Source: Moniliella sp. 'wahieum' (taxonomy: Eukaryota). From it: a DNA stretch of 64,000 nucleotides. A model generated the notes under the pieces. That model was not told the origin of the DNA, did no database searches, and saw only the letters and a list, made by a program, of their open reading frames with translations. The stretch is from positions 372,001 through 436,000 of the forward strand of contig RSEE01000019.1 of NCBI GenBank assembly GCA_003971905.1, read 5' to 3'. Both the position numbers and the translations under genes were made by a program. How positions within the stretch are numbered: the stretch's first letter is position 1; the number at the start of each line of letters is the position of its first letter. Positions 52,856 through 64,000 of the stretch are shown one piece after another.

Positions 52856-55189
52856 ATGTCTTCGCACGGCGGAGGCGCGCGCGTTTCACTTCCGCCCCGT
52901 ACTCGCCCCATGCCCCGCCACCCCAGCAGCGCGTCCTCTTCAGCTGCCCCGTCGACTCGCCCCGTGTCCACCTCGGCTAATACTTCCATCCCGGCCTGGC
53001 CGCGTGCTAGCACCCACGCTTCCACCCCGCACGCCCATGACCACCACATCCGCAATGTCGTTGTTTGTGGCGGGAGCTATGGGGGCATGCACTGTGCTTC
53101 CAGTCTGGCTGAGCACCTCCCCCGGGTTCGCGTCATTCTCATCGAGCGCAACAGCCATTTTAATCGTATGTCCGCCTTACCCCCCCCCCCCACCCCCACC
53201 CCCGTTTGACACCCACTTCTGTACTGAATGCTGACGCCGCTACGTACAGACCTTTACTGCTTTCCTCGATTTAGTGTCCTACCTGGACATGAACATGAAG
53301 CGTACATTCCTTACTCGTCCATCTACGACAGCGAAATTCCACCAGAGGAACCTGCTCCTGCGGAAGAGGCATGCTCCCAACAGTCGAGTGAGATTGCCCC
53401 CAACAACCATTCCCAGTTGCACACCAAGCCAGGTGCCGATGTGACCATTCCCGCAGCCGCCCCAGGGGATGGGTCTTCTTCCGGTGGTGCAGCCACTTTT
53501 GATGTGCCGCCCTCTTCGAATGGCATGGGAAACACGACTACCACTTCGTACTCATGTTCGGAAGGATCATCAGGTGGAAAGGGACCCAGTGACGCCGGAA
53601 GTACCCGTCGGGCCTCTCCACGGTCCAGACTAGTGTTGTGGATGATGACCAGGAAGGTGTATCCCACAAGGAGACTGCATATGATCACCTCCCGACCATG
53701 GAGGATGCCGTGGGAGAAGGCGACATGGAGCATCTCATCGAACTTGATGTCGAACATCTTCGCCTTGCGGCTCCCTTTCAGGTGGCCCACCTGGACGACA
53801 TTAGCCAGCACCACGGAGCACGCTTAGAGGAGGACCTGACGGCCGAGTATGACGAGGGCGAAGATGACGACGCTGCAGGCGACGAAGAAGACACTGATGC
53901 CACATCCCCTGCTCACCCGCATGTGGTACTTCAAGCTTCGGTCACTGAAATTACTCCTACTCATGTCTTGGTCTCCCCTCATGGGGATCAAACGGGCAAC
54001 GAAGCGGTCCTGAACCAGCTGGGGGAGTCAACTTCCTCTAGGGGTCTGTGGTCGATCGACAAGTCTCGATCCCTTACGATTATCTCGTTTATGCGCTTGG
54101 TAGCAAGATGCCTGCCCCATTGCGTTCCTCGGTTAACACCAAGGCAGGGGGTATAAGCTGGATGAAGCAGATGCAGAAGCGCATTGTAGACGCCAGCAAA
54201 ATCGTCATTGTCGGTGGCGGGGCTCTCGGTGTGCAATATGCTTTGGACATTGCTACTGTTCATCCAGAGAAGGCTTCTAGCGTGACACTACTTCACAGTC
54301 GCCAACAGCTGTTGCCCAACTTTCACCCCTCGGTCCACGACAAGGTATTTGCCTATCTTCAGGAAGTTGGGGTCAACGTCATTCTTGGGGAGCGCCTGGC
54401 ACTGGCAGGGGGGTGTCCCATGGGCAGCACGGTGAGCAAGGCCACGGGCCTGAGAGCCGACAAGATCGACGCTACGTTGCCTCCCACAGAGCAGCCCGTG
54501 GACGAGATCAAGCACATTCGCACCACTGCAGGAAGGGAGCTGCAAGCAGATCTACTTTTGCTCTGCACGGGGCAACAACCTAACAGTGGCCTCTTGGCCT
54601 CCTTCTCTCCTTCAAGTGTCGACCCAGCCTCGAGATTGGTGAAGGTCAGCCGGACACTGCAAGTGCAAGCATCGGACCCAGTAGGCGTTGCAGCGCCTGG
54701 ACCGTTCGAATTCACCCCTCCTTGTGGTGACTGCGACTGCTTTGTTGAAAGAAAGACAGGCGGTGAGCATCCTCATCTTGAGCCGAGGTCTCCTCAACAT
54801 GCGCAGATGGAAGCTGAAAAGGTCCTTTCCCGAGTTTACGCCATTGGCGATGTGGCGGATGCGTTTGGAGCGATCAATGCTGGCTACCAAGCCTGGAGTA
54901 TGGCTGAAGTAGCCGCGCGCAACATTGTTCGCCAAATTCGTGCGCAAGAAGATGGAAAGCCCCCCAAAGGCCAACAAGCCCAATTGGCGGTGGAGGAGGC
55001 ACTGGAACACTTTACCCTCAACCGCCGATGCTTAAGCTCAGTTTGGGCTTGGGGTCCATGGTTTTCCAAGGCTTGCCAGGTGAGAACGGTGAGCCCAACG
55101 TCGAGGTCCGTGACGATCCGGAAGACCTGCAGGTCAAGTCAGTGTGGCGTTTTATGGCCAAGTCAAGCACACAAGACATGCACCGCTGA
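52856..55189 (+). CDS. AIF/AMID-like FAD-dependent pyridine nucleotide-disulfide oxidoreductase
   Basis: VVVCGGSYGG, LIERNSHFNHLYCFPRFSV, YDYLVYALGS, VIVGGGALGVQYA, LLCTGQQPNS, VYAIGDVAD. Confidence 0.88.
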
Positions 55190-55652
55190 TTAGAAGGACA
55201 CATGCTTCCTTCCCATCATTTCCTACGATTCATTAGTTGGAATACCCCACATGCACTTTGGGTGTCTGTTGTTCTCAACACACCGATCCTTTCATGCCGC
55301 TCATTGATTTACCCTCTGTTCATCCATTCATCATCCCGTACTTCGAGGTCATCTCGATCATCGTTCATCGAACTCTCCGTTACCTTTTCAAGCATACTGT
55401 TTTCATGCACGTATGGTTCAATGTGTCTGCTGTCCTCTCCCGGTCCTCACACTGTAAGGATCAGGTGACAGAGTGGCGCACGCTGATACAGCTCTCCGAG
55501 GGCCTTTCCCCTCTTCTCTGCCCTTTCCTTCCCCGACGCTTCGCAGTTGCCGGTGACATCTGGCGGAGAATGTTAGCCGTCGTTTTGCACCAGCTCGTCG
55601 TAGCAACTCGTAGGATCCCCATTCCATCATTGGCATCTGTTCCATTCCACAT

Positions 55653-55698
55653 CATTTGCGTGGGACGAGATGTTTTCCATTTGCGTGGGACGAGATGT
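55653..55698. repeat. 21-bp direct repeat with 25-bp period
   Basis: catttgcgtgggacgagatgt x2, separated by tttc. Confidence 0.85.
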
Positions 55699-56590
55699 AT
55701 AGATCGCTATAGCAGTATCGATGTGTGCGTTGGAAGGGGCATTATGGTGACCGAAGTGACGAGGCAGGGGGCGAGAGACAACAACAAACGAGACCGGGCG
55801 GCACGCGGGTGGTGCGTTGGACGAAGGTGTGTGGTGCAAGCGCATCTCGCCGCGCTCAGCACAGTTGGTCGGAAGCAGGGCCAATCCAGAACCGCTCGCC
55901 TCACCTGATCGGCTACGGTATATGGGCGGCGGCCGAAGTCCGACTATTGTGCGGTGACTAGTGACTATCACAGGCCTCAGTGACTAACTGGCTGGCGCGG
56001 GAGACGTGGCGAGCCGGCAAGCGTGGCGCCAATGCAGCGCACGGGGCCAGTGTGGACCAGCGGGCGGCGGGGCAGGAGCGGGGCTGTGTAGGGTTTTTCC
56101 CGAGCGGCTGCAGCAGCGCGGGTGGCCGGTCAGGTGACCGTCACTGGTGGCGGCAGACGGCCGCCCCCCCGTGATCGATGACATCAGCAGCCCAAGACCT
56201 AACCCACCCACGCTGCCACCCACAGCGCCGCCCCCGCCCGCCCGCCCAGCTCCCAGCTCCCCGCTCCCCAGCCCCGGCGCCCTCCCGCCATGTCTGCGCC
56301 CATGGCCGGCATCTCCCTCACCCCCGCGCTTTCTCCGGCTCGTCCGCCGACTGGTACGCCGCCCCGCCGCTGCCACCCGCTCGCCGCCGCCTCCTCCCTC
56401 CCCCCCCCCGCCATCGGCATCACGCCGCCAGCTCGCCCCCTCGCCCTCCTTCCACACCGCCACCGCCTCCTCCCCCTCGCCCCCCTTCCGTCCATCTCCC
56501 CCTCCGCCTGCACCCGCCGCGTCCCCCTTCCGCCCCTCCCACAGCGTTTCCATCCGGACCAGCCCTTGGGCTGACCTGGCCCTGCCCAGC

Positions 56591-59500
56591 ATGAGTGCTA
56601 TCGGAGTTGGCATCCCAGGTCCTCCCAGCTCGACCTCGGCCAGCACCGCCACCACCAATGTTGCCGGTGCCGGTGCCAATGGGAAGGTCTCCAGCCGTGC
56701 CCGTGTGGTTTCGCCCGTGTTCAATGTCGCTCTTTCCTCCCGCTCCCCATTTGCCTCCGCACCCGCGGCGGCGTCAACGTCGGCTGGCCACCTTTGTCCA
56801 CCCCCGCCTTGCGCAGTACCTCAGCATCGAACCAACTTGCTCCTGTCTATTATTCCGACTCCGAAACCTCTGGTGGGGTTAGCCGCGACTCGTCGCCGCC
56901 ACCCGATGGCGAGGTTCAGGCGCGCGCTGAATGGGAGCAGAGACAGCTGCTTAAGACAAAGCCAAGTCTTCATCTTCCCGCACCGCCACGAGGGCGTCCA
57001 TCTCACCAGGTAGAGACGGGGCGGATCCCCCATCATGTCCCGCATGCGCTGGGGTCACCCACGTGACCGCGACCGTGTCGAAGGGGTGCCAACGAACATG
57101 CCTGTGGCCCAAACTGCCGGGCCCCGACCCCTTCCTCCCGATCAAGTATTCGCAGCCGCTGACCCCTCGGTCCTGGATGGCTCAATGGGTGTTGTTACTA
57201 TGGTCGGCGAAGGTGCACCGCGGGCTACCACCCCTGGCCGGCCTTGGCAATCAGTCCCTAACCTTACATGGCGCCCACTCCCGATCCGGATCGGGACGCT
57301 CCCCTCCTGCCACCAACAAGTAGCCTCCCGGTAGCAGTAGGCGTGGCGGTCACGACACCTCGCAAGGAAAGCCTGGACATTCCCTTGTCCACCTCGCCTC
57401 GGCCTGACACCCTCAACTCCTCCCCCTCCGGTTCCAGAGAAGGATGCGCCCCGAGCCCATCAATCTACCTCCCCCCCTTTGGGCTCCCCACAGGAGCTGT
57501 CTGGCATCCTGGCTAACCCAGAGCTCGCTGGACGGGCAAGGCGGACTCGGTCAGGTTCGCGGGAGCAGCCTAACATTGTTTCCTGGCCAGGCCCACCTAC
57601 GGGGGCTGGTGGGGCTGGGCTGACGACTCAGCAGCTCCAGAAGCAACAGGCCAAGGACAACGCCGCTCGGTGGCTGCTATGGGTCGCGCCGGACCCTATG
57701 GTGCCATGAGTATGGGAAGCATGCGTGGTGCATTGGCAGAGAATGGGCCGTACCCAGCGTTTGGACCACCGGGCGGCAGCTCAGGGCATGCCAAACTTAC
57801 GCCAGCGGCGCTCAAGTACGCGATTTCTCTGCAAGCCCGCCACACTCCTGTTGCACCTTACGAGCTACCATCTGGTGCCCTTTTCCCAGCCTGCTTATCT
57901 TTCCGCGTTGCTGACGGGGCTTCCGAGTGATCCGCCTCCTCCTCCGGATGCTACTGTACTGGGTCCAAAGGGGGAAGCTGTCTTTTTCGGTCTGCTGCCG
58001 CAGCGGACGATGGTCGCGCCTTTTGAGATCCAGGCTGCTAAGAAACGTGATGCTCTATCACTGTATGCTGCTCATGGCCACCCCCCTCCTCCCGCTACTG
58101 AAGAGTCTGCAAGTGACCCGGATAAGCCCAAGTCTGGTCGGGACGAGGCATGCCTAGAGTGTCTGATGCGGGATCAGGACGTGATCGATATAATTGTCTC
58201 TGGGCCTCACGTATGGGACCGTCCATCGGATGCTGAGTGGTGGGCCACCTGTGCGGCGGAGGAGAAGCTGGATGCTCAATGCTTGCAAGGCCTTGTTGGC
58301 TACACTTCGGGAGGAGAGTCCCTATCGCACCCCCCTCGGCTAGCCATTCGAACGGATCCCTCGGCACCATGGCGCGCTCGATGACCGACTCGGGTGCAAG
58401 CGAGGAAGAGGGACTGCAGCAATCGGCCAGCCTGGCCCACGTGCGTGCTTTACGCTCTCGTCTCAAGGTCAAGCAAATTCGAAAAGGAGAGCGCCTGACT
58501 CTTGAAGCCCTGAAGCGGCACACCCAGATGGTATGTTTTTTTTTCCTCTCTATCGAAGCAGGCAGCTGACCGAACGTCACACCAGAACATCCCCGCCACC
58601 TCGCATCGCCAGAAGACCCTGCAAGTCTATTTGGCTGACCAGGCTCGCTATTTGGCTGAGGCCCAAGCTCTTTCTCAATCTCAGGCCCATCCGCCCACCC
58701 AATCAACTCACCAACCTGATGTCGGGAGCATCGCAAGTGACCGCTCTGGTGTGCGGATGAGCGGTGCCAGTCCTTACACCACGCTTGGAGGAATCGAGTA
58801 TGATAATGTGGTCCTACGCAAAAGCCCTTCTTCGCTCTCCCGCCCCCTTACTGCCCAAAAGGCCCATCTTCCGCCACTCACCAGTGGGGCACCTCGGCGG
58901 ATCGTTCATGAGCTGACTCTGGACGAGGCTGAAAGGAGGGAAAAGGAGCGGGACATTGCACTGGCTCAACAGGCACGCACCAAGTTGACCAGAGAGGGAG
59001 TGATCCCGAATGGCCCCAAACGCCTATGTCTGACGCATCGAAGGTGGCGCCCCGCTCTGTCTCAGCCCAGCTTTCAAGGGCTTACGATGGGGACGATCTA
59101 ACGCCGCCCGTCGCACCATTTGCTCCCACTCCTCTGCTCCTGGGAGCCCCTCCAGTCTGGGACCACCACGGGGGTCTTGGCCGTCTCCTCTTCCTGGCTC
59201 TGGGGTACCCGTCAGCGCTAGCCGCTTGGGCACTTCACCCGCTCCTTCTGCCTCTCTCTCCTTGCTGGACATGCACGTCGCCTTGTCATCTTCGGAGCGC
59301 AGACTAACCCCGCCTGCCCCGTCTGCTTTGGCCACTCAAGCGCTGGCTCAAGCACAAACTCAAGCACCGTTACAGTCTCAGTTTTCTCCTTCCTCATCGG
59401 GACGTCCGAAAACTCAAGGTCAATTCACTCCTGTCTCGAGTCCTTACATGTACGGTGCCAATTCTCTCTCCGATCCGGTTCGTGCGCCTCACCCCTCCAG

Positions 59501-60621
59501 CTCGCTCGTCGCCCCTGAACTTTCTACCGCACGGAGCCCCCCAAGGGCCGTTGGGACGGGGAAAAGAAGAAAGGTTGGAGGGCTCTTTTTGGCCGGGGAA
59601 ACACACCCCTACCTCTGCCCCTGCCTTGCCCCGATCCCTACTCCAGGTATGAGCCAACACGGGACAAACGGACACCTCTACACGTCAGCCTCCGATGTGG
59701 ACCTTCTTCAGCCTTCTCTTTCTCCAGCACCTCCAAACCCTTCCTCGCCCGAATGGGATGACTTGTCGCCTCCTCACGCCCCGGCCTTGACGGGATGGAT
59801 CCAACGAGCACGGCGCTCGACGGCTTCGCTCTCGAACCTGCTCGAGCGGGAACGAGAGCCTCGAGACAAGGAGGCGAAGGAAAGGGAGGATAACCAGGCT
59901 GCGCGCTCCCGGACAAAATCGTCAACCATGTTGCTGCCCGACCGGCGTTGGCCTGGTCACCCACATGCGACCATGCCATCTGCTGGTTCCAACAACCCAA
60001 ACGCCAACGCTCAGCGTCCCTTCTACCCTAGCGACCAGGGCGGCGCAGGGGAGGATTGCGCCCTTCCCCCCTCAACAAGTGGGGGTACCCTGCGCTCTGC
60101 CATCGTTCGTGGCCCAGGGACAGCCATGGCCCCCAGTCACGGGGTCGACCTCCATGTTTGGTTCAGCGTCACCACTGCTGCCCCCTGAGGAGTCATTGGA
60201 AGGGGCGAGGGACCGACATCGCTCTTGGTTGGCGCCGCAAGCACGTGCCCAAAGTGCCTTGGGTGTGCCCATGTCCATGCCCCAAGGGGCATTGCAGGCG
60301 CCGCATGGCGGCCACCCGTTCCCTGGCCAGGGCGCGCCCGGCGTGTCCGGCGTCTCAGCGGCGCCTCAGGTGTCGGCAATGGGTTCTTCCTCGTTGTCCT
60401 CCCTTCCGCCCACGCAACCTTGGCGTCTATCACCACTGCCCACGCGGGACCGGCTGCCGTTCCACCTCTGGTCGGGGAGAGGCTCCCTTCCACCGCGTTG
60501 TCCCCCGGGGTTTCCTCGGGAGGACGACGCGCGAGCCCGCACCGTAAATCGCTCCTGCCCAAGCTTCCCTTTGGACGCAAACGGGACTCGATGGCCGTCG
60601 AGCCATATTAGACATGTTTGA
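56591..60621 (+). CDS. Large Pro/Ser-rich hypothetical protein
   Basis: Chain of overlapping + ORFs with a conserved-looking core CLECLMRDQDVIDI.V.GP.VWDR.SD. Intron near 58531. Ends approximate. Confidence 0.6.
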
Positions 60622-61889
60622 TTCGCTCCCAACCCAACCTTTTCTCCCTGGCTCTCGTCGAGGCCTCTCGTCCTGGTCTCCTTCCCTCTTGACTTTTTCT
60701 TACCCACTTTGCACTTGGTCCCCCATCCTCTCTCCTCCCCACCTAGCTTAATTTTGTCCCACCTTGCCCCGTCCATCCGTTTTGTCTGCCCCAGTCGGGG
60801 AGGAGAGAGGATGGGCTTTGTTACGCTGTTCAAGGCACTCCCCACTGGCTCGCTAGGATTCCCAGCCTGGCCAATTTCCGATCGCACATCCACAATCCAA
60901 GGACGTTGGTTTTATTGGTTGTTCCCATCCGTAGCCGGGTCGGATCGCCGGCTTTCGCCCCTCCTCCTCTCTTTCACAGATCTTGTAGCCCCAAAGATGG
61001 CAGTACGCGCTGCCCTCCTTTGACAGCGGCAGGCGCCCATACGCCCTCACTCGTCTTAGGCCTTCATTCGCATGCGACAGGCGGTCGGCTGGATCCCCAG
61101 CGTGTTCAAGGTTCAAGGTTCAAGGGCTTCACCCATTTCGAAATCAGAGGTCTGGCTGGGCGGGTGCCCTGTGGCGCAAAGAGCGCGAGAGAAGGCTGGT
61201 GGGTCTTGTCATCCAAGCGGAGTGGGGGGTTCACCTCTTCGGAGATGCAAGAACCGCAGGATGCACCTGGTCCCACAGAGCGCGCCCAGCAGGCTTGGCC
61301 ATATCTTGCGGATCAGATAGGCAATCGTTTGCCTCGATTCAGGAACTTGAGTCGCAATGGCCAAACCGAGGACTCGAGGGAAGCCATTGCCCTAGTAGCT
61401 ACTAGGCATATAGGAGTTTCACTTGTTGGAAGCAGTTGAACGACGGCGGCTCTTGGTACAAGGCGACAGATGCTTCTTGGTGCCATGTCAGGAAGGGGTG
61501 CGCAGAGCTGCTGCGACTGCCGCCCGCGCGTATGTGCACGTTTGCAGGGTGATGTGGGTTCCACGTTCCTGCCTACTATACAGTGTACACTTGGCATGCG
61601 ATACAACTTCTGGTGGGTTGGTGGACGGGTGTAAGACCAGAGGAACCCAAGGAGTTGGGTGATGAACCTCTGTGGTAATCAAAGCAATGCAATCGCGATG
61701 GTGGTGGTTAAGGTCTAGGCCTTAGATCTAAGCCTTATGCCACACCTAGAGGAGACAGGGGTTCAAACAAGCCTGAGTGTACAGTGGAGGCTTCGGAGGT
61801 CAAACAAGGGGCAAAGGGTGATAATCGATAAGGTGCCTTGGCCTATGTACGGGACTGCGAGTCCCCACAACGGGAGACAAGCTCGTTGC

Positions 61890-62385
61890 AGTCATAGTAT
61901 CATTTACAGATGAGCGTAACAAGGCTGGGACCCAGGAGGTCTGTGCTTAAACCGTCCCCCTCTGGCATCTGGCGTGTGCTGCTTATTGTTGGCGTCAAAC
62001 CCGTTTAGGAAACAGGGAGCCGCCAGCAATAAGTCACAGAACACTAGGGTGGCGCGCTTGGATACGAATGAGCGGGGCAGGCGTCCAAGCGGTGAACCGT
62101 ATCTCCCATGATGATACTCTCATCAGTTAATTCTTTCCAATGCATTGTAACCTCGCGTCGTCATAACCAGGGGGAAAGATGTTGGTTGAGTCGTGAGCGC
62201 GGCCCTTGCACTTGAGGTTCTTGTCGCATTCTGCTTTTGATCCATCAATCGAAGCAGATCCTTCTCCCGGCGTTCCGAAGGCGTTGCGGCAACAGTGCCC
62301 TCGTTAGTAGCGCAACCACCCTCCGATACGCAAACATCGCCTCCCGTAGTGCCACCGAGCCCCGTACCGTTCAACTGGGGCCGGT
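61890..62385 (-). mobile_element. Old, degenerate CRE 3' relic
   Basis: ERREKDLLRL...QNATRT...FPLVMTTRGY, and tail gtcccagccttgttacgctcatctgtaaatgatactatga resembling the CRE 3' UTR. Confidence 0.8.
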
Positions 62386-64000
62386 CAAGCTTCAAGCTCC
62401 ACTGGTGCAGTACAGTTTTCGCAGCCCATGGAAAGTAGGCCCGCTAAGGCCGATATGGAGCAAGCAAAAACTACGCCTCTCAAACCAAGACCCCACCCTC
62501 TACAGCTCATTAAGCTCATTGACGGCCAAGTCGATCACCGGGTTGACCCCGATGCCCCTGTGAGGTGACGCATAAAAGCGTAACGCGTAGAGAATGCAGG
62601 CATCAGTATGTGTGGATGGTAGATGGTGAGTGACTAGTGACTAGTGAGCTCTGCGCAATGGCCGACACGTATTGCCCGATATCACTCCCCAGGACGTTGT
62701 TGCCATAGAGCGGGGACAAGATGCAGCAGGAGGGAATAGGGGAAATCACCGACAATCGAGATGCTCGTCTGGGATCGCTGGTGTGTGCCCAGCGCCCATC
62801 GCCGATGGGTTGGCACCCAAACCGCGCGGGCTTTTCTCCCACGGTCTCATTGCCATCATGCATCAGTCATCGAAATCATCGCGTCAGCGCGTCAGTGCTC
62901 AGCGTCATCGATCACTGGTTTTTCCGTCCCACACAGCGTTCCCAACCCCCGCCGGCAGATCACCGACATGATGATCAAACGTCCTGCATCCTGTGCCATG
63001 TGCGGGCCAATGCGCGTGGGGACGTGTTGGGCGCGCCGGGGAGGATGGGACGGTGGAACGGTGGAAGGGCAGGATGGAACGTGGATGCAGGATGGGGCGG
63101 GTGCGGGCGGGTGGCAGGGGAGGCCCCAGCAGCCAGCGTATTTCCGCACATGGAGATGGTGTGGGGCATGCCAGTCGCACATGGCAGCACAAAAGGCGCC
63201 GCAGCGCTCGCGTGCGTTCTAAGGGCGGCGGGTGACCGGTGAAGGCCTGCGGGGGTAAGCGGTAACCGGTGAGGCTCACCCCTCTGCTTGGGGCCAAGGG
63301 GTGGAGGAGGGCAGGGGGTTCTGCTGTGGAGGATCTGCGCGGGGGGCTGATGCATGGGGTGTGCATGTGATTCATGGGATGTGTGATGCATGGATGCATG
63401 GATGCATGGATGCATGGATGCTGGGCTGGGCCGCGGGTGGGCCGCATTGGATATTGGCCAGGCCAGTGGTTGGTGTGGCTGGCCATTGGGCATGCAAGCC
63501 AGTGCGAGCGACGCGTGCGCCTGGCTCCCGGTTGGTGTTGGCAGCGTGCTTCGCTGGTCGCATCGGGCGGACGCAGGGCACGGGGGCTGTGTGCGGCTGC
63601 GGCTGGCGCCAGCGGGACAAGCCGGGCCAGGGCGCGGGGGGGACAGCATCGGCCGCAGTGGCGCTGTGCCTGCGGCTGGGGCGCATGGGATGCGTCAGCG
63701 CTCCAGAGCTTCCGCTGCAGCCGCAGATGCATCTGGGCAGCGGGCGCTGCGGGGCGGCGAATTACTAGTCACTAGTCACTCGTCACTCACACTCCAGCAT
63801 TCGGTTGAATAGTTGAATTGAGACGTTGAGCAAGCACGCCCAGCACACGTGCCACGAGCCAAGCGGGCCTTATCTGCCCCGCTGTTTTTATTGGTGCGGT
63901 CGAGCCCCTAACCCTCCCCTCCTCCCTTCTCCCCTCCACCCTCCACCCCACCCCCCTCCCCCCACCCAGCTATGGCCATCATACGCACCGCCACAGCCTA

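Noticed and set aside
55653..55698. Direct repeats as a CRISPR-like array (also 17319-17374)
   Set aside because: Only two units, no real spacers, no cas genes, and a eukaryotic context.
62600..63812. Many overlapping ORFs
   Set aside because: GC-rich region with GCATGGAT repeats upstream of a possible gene start at ~63972. No protein-like features.

Overview
GC-rich, gene-dense fungal DNA with short spliceosomal introns. It is a basidiomycete, plausibly Ustilaginomycotina (inference). Single-base indels break nearly every gene, including essential ones, which points to long-read assembly error, so gene ends are approximate. Recognisable genes: MINDY deubiquitinase, eIF3k, IDI1, RPL9, a DEK-C/SWIB protein, a membrane-anchored glutaredoxin, CDC3, ARP3, OLA1, NTF2, epsin, STT3, RPS16, TEF1, a divergent importin-alpha, a DUF2461 protein and an AIF/AMID-like oxidoreductase. 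The left ~6.6 kb is a CMC/EnSpm-like DNA transposon. The main finding is a CRE-clade (RT plus restriction-like endonuclease) non-LTR retrotransposon with 4 TSD-flanked 5'-truncated copies and 3 old relics. Two copies sit about 10 bp apart at homologous positions of two diverged copies of a ~300-bp Helitron-like element with a double-hairpin/CTAG end. The other two sit just upstream of older CRE relics. Also noted: a 'TGA + 4-bp palindrome' heptamer repeat pattern in intergenic, mostly promoter-side DNA, and a strongly base-paired 5'-UTR intron in RPL9.
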